Assembly (NCBI GenBank): GCA_031365905.1
Contig: JANLYZ010000187.1
Location: 1 to 63,618 of the forward strand
Length of the DNA stretch: 63,618 nucleotides
Source: Chloracidobacterium sp.
GTDB lineage: Bacteria; Acidobacteriota; Blastocatellia; Pyrinomonadales; Pyrinomonadaceae
Direction of reading: 5' to 3'
The translations under genes were made by a program, and so were the position numbers. Below the pieces are notes generated by a model. It searched no databases and was not told the DNA's origin. It saw only the letters and a list, made by a program, of their open reading frames with translations. Each line of letters starts with the position of its first letter. Positions within the stretch are counted from its first letter, which is position 1. Shown one piece after another: positions 1-7,223 of the stretch.

Positions 1-793
1 CGCTGCCTACCGCCCAACCGCGACTCACGTCGACAAAAGATACGGCATTGAAACGAATGTTGTTTGTGGTTTGCAATTGCCCGCGCTGCCAGGTTTCGCC
101 TCCGTCTGACGTTTGCAAAATCGTGGCGCCCGCGCCCACCAGCCAGCCAACGTTTTCATCGATGAAGTAGCCGCCAAGCAGGAGATAACGTGTTGGCGCT
201 TGCAATTTACTCCAACTCGCGCCGGAGTCGCGCGTCGTGTAGAGTGCGCCGCCTTCACCAAAAGCCCAGCCGCGCCCCCCGCGGCTGAAGAGTGCGCGCA
301 GCAAACGCGCGTCGACATTTGCGCCACGCAGGTTCACGCGCTGCCAATGCTCGCCGCCGTCCGCCGTCTTCATCAGATAGGCGCGCTGTTCGTCGTTTGA
401 TTTGAGTTCGTAAACATTTCTTTCGCAAAGCAACCAGCCGTTGGATTCGTCGGCAAAGTAGAGATCGCGAATCACATCTTCCGTCGGCTGCGGTTTCGCT
501 TGCCATGTCTTGCCGCTATCGTGCGTCGAGAGCAGAGCGCCATGACTGCCAACCGCCCAACCGCGATCTCGATCCAGAAAGTAGACCGCGTGAAGCCAAG
601 CTAAGGAACTGGTGCGTTGTTTAGTCCAGGAAGCTGCGGAGGCGGTGGACGCCGCGAGAAGGCAAGAGGCAGAAAGCAGTAGGCAGAAAGCAGTGAGCGA
701 CCGAGCGCGGCTATGCCGCCTGATGTGCGGAAGGTCTTTGACCTTCCGAAAGGCCTCGGTATCTTTCGGGGCTGCGCCCCTTAAATTTTTCAT
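1..793 (-). CDS. BNR/Asp-box repeat beta-propeller protein, Ycf48/HCF136-like. The 3' end runs off the window, so it is absent from the ORF track.
   Basis: Manual minus-strand translation from the ATG at 793..791 gives MKNLRGAAPKDTEAFRKVKDLPHIRRHSRARSLTAFCLLLSASCLLAASTASAASW. Four Asp-box-like motifs follow (STHDSGKTWQ, TADGGEHWQ, TRDSGASWS, TSDGGETWQ) plus repeated GWAVG/GWLVG strands, with no stop down to position 1. The start is uncertain because this is the only in-frame ATG/GTG/TTG upstream of the signal-like segment. Confidence 0.7.
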   Translation of the reverse strand, partial: MKNLRGAAPKDTEAFRKVKDLPHIRRHSRARSLTAFCLLLSASCLLAASTASAASWTKQRTSSLAWLHAVYFLDRDRGWAVGSHGALLSTHDSGKTWQAKPQPTEDVIRDLYFADESNGWLLCERNVYELKSNDEQRAYLMKTADGGEHWQRVNLRGANVDARLLRALFSRGGRGWAFGEGGALYTTRDSGASWSKLQAPTRYLLLGGYFIDENVGWLVGAGATILQTSDGGETWQRGQLQTTNNIRFNAVSFVDVSRGWAVGS

Positions 794-885
794 CAGTCCC
801 GCGCACCCTTGGGCATAGCCCCAAAATCTCTATAGAGTTTTCCGGAAGGGCAGAGCCCTTCCGCACATCAGGCGGCACAGCCGCG
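706..885. repeat. 29-nt inverted repeat (1 mismatch) with a private 9-bp hairpin in each arm region
   Basis: 706..734 cgcggctatgccgcctgatgtgcggaagg is the reverse complement of 857..885 ccttccgcacatcaggcggcacagccgcg apart from one position. Local hairpins are cggaaggtc-ttt-gaccttccg (728..748) and cggaagggc-aga-gcccttccg (843..863). Confidence 0.85.
843..863 (-). terminator. Candidate stem-loop terminator after the last gene of the long minus-strand operon
   Basis: Perfect 9-bp GC-rich stem with a 3-nt loop, 57 nt past the stop at 920. Only a weak, displaced U-run follows on the minus strand, so intrinsic termination is unproven. Confidence 0.3.
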
Positions 886-919
886 ATCTCCTGCCTCCTG
901 CTCCTGCCTCCTGCCGTCT

Positions 920-1912
920 TTATGGAAAGATCCCGCCGGTAAAGATTCGCGCGAAGCTTAAGATCGGGAAGAAGGTCATGATCTTTTGCATGCTCTTCAA
1001 CTTGTTGCCGGGAACGATCACCTGATCGCCGGGAACGAGGTAAGTCACATCCGGAGCGCGGCCCTTGTAAATCGCGCTCAGGTTCACTGCGATTGGTTTT
1101 AGGTTTCCGTCAGCCTGCCGCCGCAGCACAACCACCTTGCTTCGATCACCCGTTGAGAGAACGCCGCCGGCTTCACTAACCGCCTCTGAAACAGTCAGGC
1201 GATGAGACATCATGCGAATGCCCGGCTGGCCCACATCGCCGATGACGCTGTAGCGGTATGACGATGCCTTGTCGAGCGAAACCGTAACTTGCGGGTCGAT
1301 AATGTATTCGTCGTAACGTTTCTTAATTGTCTCCGCGACTTCATCAACGGTTTTCCCGTTAACGAAAACTCCGCCAGGAATCAGCGCCAGCGAAATGCGG
1401 CCACTCGGCGGAATCATGATTCCCGATCGCGAGTAACGATCCTGTCCGAAGACGTTGACTGAAACTACGTCTTCCGGTCCAAGTCGGTAGGTATTGAAAA
1501 AGTTGTTGTAGTAAGGAACAACCGCCGCTTCTTCCGACGCCTGCTCGTGTCGATTCGCTTGCGTGTCTTCAGGAACGTCAGGAGCTGTGGCGCTGCCGTC
1601 AACATTTTTCTTCGCGGCTGCGGGGTCAGCTAACAAAGTGTTAGCGAGGTTCTTTGGATCTTGATCCGTAGCTGGAGCTTGAGTTGTTGCCGGAGCCTGA
1701 TCACTCGTTGCCGTTTTGTCGTCGACGGATTTCTCCGGCTTCACGGTTGGATCTTGTGGAGTCGAGGGGTTGGGCCCAGGAGTTTTGGCTGCGAAACGCT
1801 GACGCGTCTTGTTGGCATCCGCTGCCGGAGTTTGAGCAAACACGACGACGCTTGATGCAACCATGATCGCGGCGGCTGCCAGTGCCAGCAGGACTTTGTT
1901 TACTGTTTTCAT
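920..1912 (-). CDS. Polysaccharide export protein (OPX/Wza-like, Poly_export plus SLBB), PEP-CTERM-locus type
   Basis: Contains YRLGPEDVVSVNVFGQDRYS and a later LVPGDQVIVP SLBB-like segment. The N-terminus has a signal peptide (MKTVNKVLLALAAAAIMVASSVVVFAQ) followed by a roughly 110-aa Pro/Thr/Ala/Asp-rich linker. I moved the start from the track TTG at 1933 to the ATG at 1912, which has GGAGG 6 nt upstream. Confidence 0.85.
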   Translation of the reverse strand: MKTVNKVLLALAAAAIMVASSVVVFAQTPAADANKTRQRFAAKTPGPNPSTPQDPTVKPEKSVDDKTATSDQAPATTQAPATDQDPKNLANTLLADPAAAKKNVDGSATAPDVPEDTQANRHEQASEEAAVVPYYNNFFNTYRLGPEDVVSVNVFGQDRYSRSGIMIPPSGRISLALIPGGVFVNGKTVDEVAETIKKRYDEYIIDPQVTVSLDKASSYRYSVIGDVGQPGIRMMSHRLTVSEAVSEAGGVLSTGDRSKVVVLRRQADGNLKPIAVNLSAIYKGRAPDVTYLVPGDQVIVPGNKLKSMQKIMTFFPILSFARIFTGGIFP

Positions 1913-1935
1913 TGCTACCTCCAAAGTATCCAAGA

Positions 1936-1958
1936 GCAGGCAGGATGCCTGCGCTCCC
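1936..1958. repeat. Short palindromic REP-like element, gcaggcaggatgcctgcgctccc
   Basis: Stem gcaggc/gcctgc with a trailing gcgctccc. It lies 2 nt after the stop of the sugar transferase (1961) and just upstream of the RBS of the export gene. Related copies are at 9795..9817, 9851..9873 and 10875..10901. Confidence 0.85.
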
Positions 1959-1960
1959 AG

Positions 1961-3346
1961 CTATCGGCCTCTGCCGAAGAGAATTATCTTGATCGTTTCG
2001 AATAGGATTATGGCGTCGAGCATCAGGCTCTGGTTCTTGATGTAATAAAGATCGTATTGCAGCTTCTGCCGCGCATCCTCGACCGAAGCGCCGTAGGGAT
2101 ATTTAATCTGCGCCCAACCGGTCAGGCCCGGCGCGATCAGATGCCGCTGTTCGTAGTAGGGAATTTCTTCCGCTAACTGCGAAACGAAATGCGGACGTTC
2201 GGGACGGGGTCCCACGAAATCCATGTCGCCGCGAATGATGTTCCAAAACTGTGGTATCTCGTCGATGCGAAGTTTGCGAATTACTTTGCCGACGCGCGTA
2301 GTGCGATCGTCGTCTGCGCTCGCCCAAACCGGACCGGCCTTCTCTGCGTCAGTCCGCATCGAGCGAAACTTCATCACCATAATCGCGCTGCCGTTTTTCC
2401 CGACGCGTTCCTGTTTGTAGAGAATTGGGCCGCGCGAATCGAGCTTGATTAGGATTGCCGTGACGACAGCAATGGGCAGCGACAACAGTCCGCCCACCAA
2501 AGCCACAATTCGGTGGACGACGGTCCGCGTTATCCCCGAAATCTTTGCCTGCCGGCCGCGACTCGAGAAGATTAACCACGAAGGGCGAACCATGTTGAGC
2601 GAAACGCGCCCGGTCACGCGTTCGTAAAACGACGCCCCTTCTTCGATGTTTACGGTCCCGGCCAAACTCAACTGCAACAACTCGGTCGTCGGTAACTGTC
2701 CACGCCGTTCGCCCATGGCGACGATGATGCGATCGATGCCTTCGCGCCGGACGACTTCGTCCAGTTCGGAAGTCAGCCCAATGACGCGCGGATTTATCAA
2801 GCTCTTTCCGAGCAGTTCCGGATCGTTGCCGACGAAGCCCGCGATGCGGTAACCCGCATCGGGTCGTTCCAGCATCTCGCGCGCAACTTCCACCGCGAAT
2901 GTTCCCGAACCCACAATCAAAATCTTTTCGCCAAAGTCGGGATGACCCAGCAGCCAGTGAATGGAGACTCGCCAACCGACCATGAGTCCCAACGCCAGCG
3001 GCAACGCGATCAGCGAAATGCCGCGACCCAGCATCAACTGGGGAAACGCATAGAAGGCCAGCGCCAACGCCACCCACGCCAAACCAAGCGCCTGCACCAG
3101 TCGCAGCACGAGCTCGCGGCGGTCGTGCATGACCACGAAATCGTAAAGATCGAAAAGGTAAAAAGCGGCGAGACAAAAAAGCGTGGCGAGTGCGGCTTTC
3201 AAAAATCCCTGCCGCAGCGCCAGCTCGTTGTGCGCGTCGTCAACGCCCAACCGCAAATAGACCGCGCCAACAATCGCGCCGAAAACAACCGCGGCTTCGG
3301 CGAGCAGCAGGAGACTGGTCCGGGTATTTGCGCGCGTTGCTCTCAA
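1961..3346 (-). CDS. Polyprenyl glycosylphosphotransferase (Bac_transf family, EpsB/WbaP-like initiating sugar transferase)
   Basis: The C-terminal domain carries IDEIPQFWNIIRGDMDFVGPRPERP and GLTGWAQI. The N-terminal half has four to five TM segments and a Rossmann-like ILIVGSG region. TTG start; TTGA overlap with the upstream kinase stop. Confidence 0.9.
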   Translation of the reverse strand: MRATRANTRTSLLLLAEAAVVFGAIVGAVYLRLGVDDAHNELALRQGFLKAALATLFCLAAFYLFDLYDFVVMHDRRELVLRLVQALGLAWVALALAFYAFPQLMLGRGISLIALPLALGLMVGWRVSIHWLLGHPDFGEKILIVGSGTFAVEVAREMLERPDAGYRIAGFVGNDPELLGKSLINPRVIGLTSELDEVVRREGIDRIIVAMGERRGQLPTTELLQLSLAGTVNIEEGASFYERVTGRVSLNMVRPSWLIFSSRGRQAKISGITRTVVHRIVALVGGLLSLPIAVVTAILIKLDSRGPILYKQERVGKNGSAIMVMKFRSMRTDAEKAGPVWASADDDRTTRVGKVIRKLRIDEIPQFWNIIRGDMDFVGPRPERPHFVSQLAEEIPYYEQRHLIAPGLTGWAQIKYPYGASVEDARQKLQYDLYYIKNQSLMLDAIILFETIKIILFGRGR

Positions 3347-4434
3347 CTTGCGATTGCCACCTCTTCTTCTTCTTCAAATTCATCCACCAGCACGAGCTCA
3401 TCTGCCTCAGGCAAAGATCTACGCGGCCGGTAGTTGCGTTGCTGGTAGTAGTAAGAATTGGATTCGAGTTCTTCGTCGGCACGATTCAGAACAACGCCGA
3501 GCATTCGTTCAGGCGGCAATTGGGCCAACAGCTTATCGACCATCGCGTAGCGCGTCTTGCCAGCGCGCACCACCATCAGCGCGCCGTCAGCTCGATTGAT
3601 CAAGAGGTTCGCGTCGGTAAAGATGCCGAGCGGTGGCGCATCGATGATGATGAAGTCAAACAAACTGCGCGCCTCGGCAATCACACCGGCGTAAGTTGGG
3701 CCGGAAAGCATTTCGGCGCAGTCGTCGCGGGCCTGGCCGCCCGGCAGCAGGTAGAGCCCAGCGGGATCGAGACGGACCACAGCTTCACGCAGACTTAGTT
3801 CACCGCCCAACACTTCTGAAAGTCCGCGCGGCGCATCGATCGCCAAATAATCAGTGGCGCAGGGCTGGCGCAGATCGCTATCTATCAACAAACAGCGCAC
3901 GCCTTCAGTTTGCGCGAGCAACCACGCGAGATTTAGTGCCGTCAACGTTTTGCCTTCGCCCATGCCGGCGCTCGTGATCACAAGCGTGCGCATCTGCTCG
4001 CGCTCACCCGCTTGCAAAATACGCGTGCGCAGTGAACGAAACTGTTCGCAGTAAGCCGAGCGAGGTTGCGTGATAGCGACGAGATGAGGCTCGACGCGCG
4101 CGGCGTCCACGTCATAAGAGACGAGTCCGGTCGCGCGCGCCAGGCTAACAGCGTTCAAGGTTGCCCCAACAGCACGCGGCGCCGGTCGTTCGGGGAGTGC
4201 CATCCCGTCAGAAGCATCCGCAGTGTGCGCAGTGAACGCTGAACTTTGCACCGGCGCTTCAGCACGACGAGGAAAAGAAGAAGCCTTGAACCACTGCTCT
4301 TCGATCTCGGTGCCGGAGGGAACGATGCGATTTGTGCGGATCTCTCCGCGATCTACCGATTCAGGTGCCTGGGGAGCGCTAACATTCGCGTTGGTCGCGC
4401 CGGCACGTTTTAATGCGTCGTAAACTCTGCCCAT
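3343..4434 (-). CDS. Exopolysaccharide tyrosine autokinase-type P-loop ATPase (CpsD/CapB-like, stand-alone kinase half)
   Basis: Walker A in VITSAGMGEGKTLTALNLAWLLAQ, LLIDSDLRQP, FIIIDAPP, and a C-terminal Tyr cluster (SNSYYYQQRNY). AGGAG RBS directly upstream of the ATG at 4434. Confidence 0.85.
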   Translation of the reverse strand: MGRVYDALKRAGATNANVSAPQAPESVDRGEIRTNRIVPSGTEIEEQWFKASSFPRRAEAPVQSSAFTAHTADASDGMALPERPAPRAVGATLNAVSLARATGLVSYDVDAARVEPHLVAITQPRSAYCEQFRSLRTRILQAGEREQMRTLVITSAGMGEGKTLTALNLAWLLAQTEGVRCLLIDSDLRQPCATDYLAIDAPRGLSEVLGGELSLREAVVRLDPAGLYLLPGGQARDDCAEMLSGPTYAGVIAEARSLFDFIIIDAPPLGIFTDANLLINRADGALMVVRAGKTRYAMVDKLLAQLPPERMLGVVLNRADEELESNSYYYQQRNYRPRRSLPEADELVLVDEFEEEEEVAIAS

Positions 4435-4445
4435 ATGATTCTCCT

Positions 4446-4519
4446 GTCAGAACCGCCTGCGTTAGCGGGCGGCTTTTCTAATGCTGTTTAGGCCACCCGC
4501 TTACGCAGGTGGTTCTGAC
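4446..4519. repeat. 74-nt imperfect palindrome, copy 1 (27-nt arms, 20-nt loop)
   Basis: Arm A is gtcagaaccgcctgcgttagcgggcgg (4446..4472). The reverse complement of 4493..4519 is gtcagaaccacctgcgtaagcgggtgg. The ATPase stop codon (4501..4503) lies inside the right arm, and the RBS of the next gene abuts the left arm. Confidence 0.9.
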
Positions 4520-5430
4520 CCATTGCCGTTACCGGCCGCCCAGAGTTCGGCGCGGCTCGCCTCCGAAAAGATCCTTGCCGACAATTCTTTTGGTTCGGCG
4601 CTTGGCGCCCGTCGTTCCGCGCGCGGCAACATATCGAGACTCTCGGCCACTTCTTCAATAATCTCGCGACCGATAGTCAAAGTGCCGGCGGCATAACCAG
4701 CCAGCAGAGCGTTGTCGCAAAGGTTGTTGATGTTGCGGGGAATGCCTTCCGTGCAGCGATAGATGTAATCGATTGCGGCGGCGGAAAAGATGTCGGTCCG
4801 CGCGGCGCCGGCGACGAGCAGACGAGATGTGATGTAACGATCGGTTTCTTCAACGGTCGGCAATGCTTTGATTACACATCGCAGGGCCACACGCTGTTTG
4901 AGTTGACGCAGATCAGTATTATTCAAAACGTCGCGCAGTTCCGGTTGTCCGGTGAGCACGATTTGAAGCTGCTTTGCAGTGTCTGATTCGAAATTCGAAA
5001 GCAGGCGAATCTCTTCCAGCACCGCGGGCGAGAGTCCTTGCGCTTCGTCGATAATCAAAACCGTGCGCAGCCCGCGCGAATGTCGCGCGTCGAGCGCCCG
5101 GCCCAGTTCCACCAGCAACTCCGGCTTTGTTTCCCACCTTTGAATGTCGAGCAGCGAGGCCACGTGCTGGTAAAACTCGGTGACTGAGAAGCGCGGGTTG
5201 AAGATGTAGGCGACCATTACCGTGCGATCGAGCCGCTGCATCATCCAGCGCAGTACCGTCGTCTTGCCGGTTCCAACTTCGCCCGTCACCACCACCAACC
5301 CTTTGCCGCTCTCAATTCCGTAATGCAGGTTGGCCATCACTTCCGTATGCGACGGGGTGAAATAGATGAAGCGCGGATCGGGAGTCAGCGCGAATGGCAA
5401 TTCTTTGAAGCCGTAAAATTCTGCGTACAC
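4501..5430 (-). CDS. AAA ATPase, ExeA-like, PEP-CTERM-locus type
   Basis: N-terminus VYAEFYGFKELPFALTPDPRFIYF, Walker A in VVTGEVGTGKTT, Walker B in VLIIDEAQ. I moved the start to the GTG at 5430 (AAGGAAA RBS upstream), because the track start at 5490 lies inside palindrome copy 2. Confidence 0.85.
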   Translation of the reverse strand: MYAEFYGFKELPFALTPDPRFIYFTPSHTEVMANLHYGIESGKGLVVVTGEVGTGKTTVLRWMMQRLDRTVMVAYIFNPRFSVTEFYQHVASLLDIQRWETKPELLVELGRALDARHSRGLRTVLIIDEAQGLSPAVLEEIRLLSNFESDTAKQLQIVLTGQPELRDVLNNTDLRQLKQRVALRCVIKALPTVEETDRYITSRLLVAGAARTDIFSAAAIDYIYRCTEGIPRNINNLCDNALLAGYAAGTLTIGREIIEEVAESLDMLPRAERRAPSAEPKELSARIFSEASRAELWAAGNGNGSEPPA

Positions 5431-5446
5431 TTTCGTTTCCTTTCTT

Positions 5447-5513
5447 GTCAGAACCGCCTGCGTCAGCGGGCGGATCGAACTCTGGGCCACCCGCTTACGC
5501 AGGTGGTTCTGAC
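5447..5513. repeat. 67-nt imperfect palindrome, copy 2 (27-nt arms, 13-nt loop)
   Basis: Left arm gtcagaaccgcctgcgtcagcgggcgg (5447..5473). The right arm (5487..5513) is identical to the right arm of copy 1. It begins immediately after the stop of the chain-length determinant (5514) and ends 16 nt before the ATPase GTG. Confidence 0.9.
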
Positions 5514-7130
5514 CTACACAGCGAAGCGCTCAAACACCTGGGTCAGTTTCAAAACCAGCGCCAGCGCTGGTATCGCCAAAAACATCGCCGCGACTCCGGC
5601 AGCGATTAACAACTTGCGCCGGCGGGGAATGCTTTGCGCTTCACCCGGCGTCATTAATTCCGGCACGGTGATCAGCACCGGCAGCGACGTGTAATGCGCC
5701 GCGTCTTCGCTGGTCTGAATTGTCAGCAATCGTGGCACTTCAAAAAGTCCGGCTAACAGCAAACCAAACGCGAGACCGGCAGCGAGGCCAGATCCCATCA
5801 GAGCTAAACGCTTAGGCGCCACTGGCCGCGCCGGGAGGTTCGCCGGGTCGACCACTTGAATGCCCTCACCTTGCTGTTGGCTGGTGGCATCTGCGCTCAG
5901 GCCAATCTTCTGCGCCTGCTGGAGCAGCGCATCGTATTGCGCCTTCTTCGTTTGATAATCGCGATCGAGCGCGCCCAGGGCGACCTCGGCTCCGGGAACG
6001 TTGTTGATGCGGGCCATCACTGCGCTAATCTGTCCATCGATGTCGCCGAGCATGCTCTGCTGGCGTTTGGCTTCACCGTCAACCAGTTGTAATTCAGACT
6101 CAAGATTGCCGACTGTCAGATCTGGACGATCGCGCAGCTTGTCCTGTTTCTCCTTGATGCGAGCCTTCCACTCGACAATCATTTGAGCCATCGCTTCTTT
6201 TACAGAATCGACTTCCGCTTGTTTCGCCAGCACATCGGGATGCTTGGGTCGCAGTTCCGTCAGCATGCGAGTTAACTGCGATTCGAGATCAGCTTTACGC
6301 GCGACAAGTTGTGCCCAGGCGAGCGTGGTCTTCGGGTCGGTAGTGTTTTCAGCGATGTCGTCTTTCGAATCCTCGGAAGTTTTTTTAACGAGGGCGAGCT
6401 GGCTGGTCAGCGCCGACCGACGATCCTGAAGACGTCCGACTTCGGAGATGTAGGCTTTCTGTTGTTCGCGCAATCCGGTCAGTTGACCAACAAGAGACGC
6501 AGCTTCAGTCGGCAGGTTGCCGACATTTTTCTGCATGAAGTCGAGCCGCTGCCGATCAACTGCGTCAAGCTCTTCTTTTGTTTGGTTGACCTGCTGATCG
6601 ATGAACTGCTTGGCAGAGCTGGTCGAGTCAATGGTGTTTTGCGTTTGTTCGTTGATGTACTTGGTGGCTAGCTCCTCGGTGACGGCTTTCGCGCTCTGGG
6701 CGGTGCGGCCACGGTAAGTGATATTGAAGCCGTTCGTGATGTCGTTGCGGCTGGTGTTCACTTCGACCTTGATGCTGGTGCGCATGTAGTCGATGAGCAC
6801 TTCCATCGGCTCGCCGCGTTGCCGCTCGGCTTTGTAGAGATCGTATTTCTGGATCAGGGGCTCGAGCGAACTGCGGCTGGTGACGACCTGCGCGATGCTG
6901 TTGATTTGTCGCGTCAGGCTGTCTTCCGTAATCGTGGGCACAACGGAATTGGGCAGCGTCGATGGCTTGACGACGATTAGCGTTGACGACTCGTAGAGGT
7001 CGGGCAACTGCCACACGACCCACGACACCGCGGTTGCGATTGCAATCGCCGGCAGAATGATCAACCACTTGCGCTTCCAGGCAATCTTTACGTACTCGCC
7101 TGGGGTTCGTTGTCGAAACTCAACACTCAT
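5514..7130 (-). CDS. Polysaccharide chain-length determinant (Wzz/PCP family, no kinase domain)
   Basis: N-terminal TM after KIAWKRKWLIILPAIAIATAV, a long coiled-coil periplasmic region, and C-terminal PVAPKRLALMGSGLAAGLAFGLLLAGLFE (the Pro/Gly-rich TM2 signature of PCPs). AAGGAG RBS before the ATG at 7130. Confidence 0.85.
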   Translation of the reverse strand: MSVEFRQRTPGEYVKIAWKRKWLIILPAIAIATAVSWVVWQLPDLYESSTLIVVKPSTLPNSVVPTITEDSLTRQINSIAQVVTSRSSLEPLIQKYDLYKAERQRGEPMEVLIDYMRTSIKVEVNTSRNDITNGFNITYRGRTAQSAKAVTEELATKYINEQTQNTIDSTSSAKQFIDQQVNQTKEELDAVDRQRLDFMQKNVGNLPTEAASLVGQLTGLREQQKAYISEVGRLQDRRSALTSQLALVKKTSEDSKDDIAENTTDPKTTLAWAQLVARKADLESQLTRMLTELRPKHPDVLAKQAEVDSVKEAMAQMIVEWKARIKEKQDKLRDRPDLTVGNLESELQLVDGEAKRQQSMLGDIDGQISAVMARINNVPGAEVALGALDRDYQTKKAQYDALLQQAQKIGLSADATSQQQGEGIQVVDPANLPARPVAPKRLALMGSGLAAGLAFGLLLAGLFEVPRLLTIQTSEDAAHYTSLPVLITVPELMTPGEAQSIPRRRKLLIAAGVAAMFLAIPALALVLKLTQVFERFAV

Positions 7131-7155
7131 AACTACGCTCCTTGGAATCGTTCAG

Positions 7156-7221
7156 GTCAGAACCACCTGCGTAAGCGGGTGGCCAGTTAATAAGCCGCCC
7201 GCTCACGCAGGCGGTTCTGAC
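7156..7221. repeat. 66-nt imperfect palindrome, copy 3 (27-nt arms, 12-nt loop, inverted relative to copies 1 and 2)
   Basis: The left arm gtcagaaccacctgcgtaagcgggtgg (7156..7182) equals the B arm of copies 1 and 2. The reverse complement of 7195..7221 is gtcagaaccgcctgcgtgagcgggcgg. It starts 2 nt after the PrsT stop (7224) and ends 25 nt before the next start. Confidence 0.9.
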
Positions 7222-7223
7222 AA

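Noticed and set aside
2349-3798. Long antisense or out-of-frame ORFs (2349..3176 minus, 2942..3433 plus, 3190..3798 plus). Similar cases elsewhere include 16764..17387, 35462..36241, 37380..37874, 43559..44326, 52091..52702, 55156..55719 and 60670..61140.
   Set aside because: Each lies entirely within, and mostly antisense to, an ORF with strong family motifs. Their products are Arg/Ser/Pro/Gln-rich low-complexity strings typical of GC-rich shadow frames, with no recognisable motifs.
4446-7221. The three repeated roughly 70-nt elements as a possible CRISPR array.
   Set aside because: The repeats are separated by whole genes of about 1 to 1.6 kb rather than 25 to 50 nt spacers. They are long palindromes with variable loops, one is inverted, and no cas genes are present.
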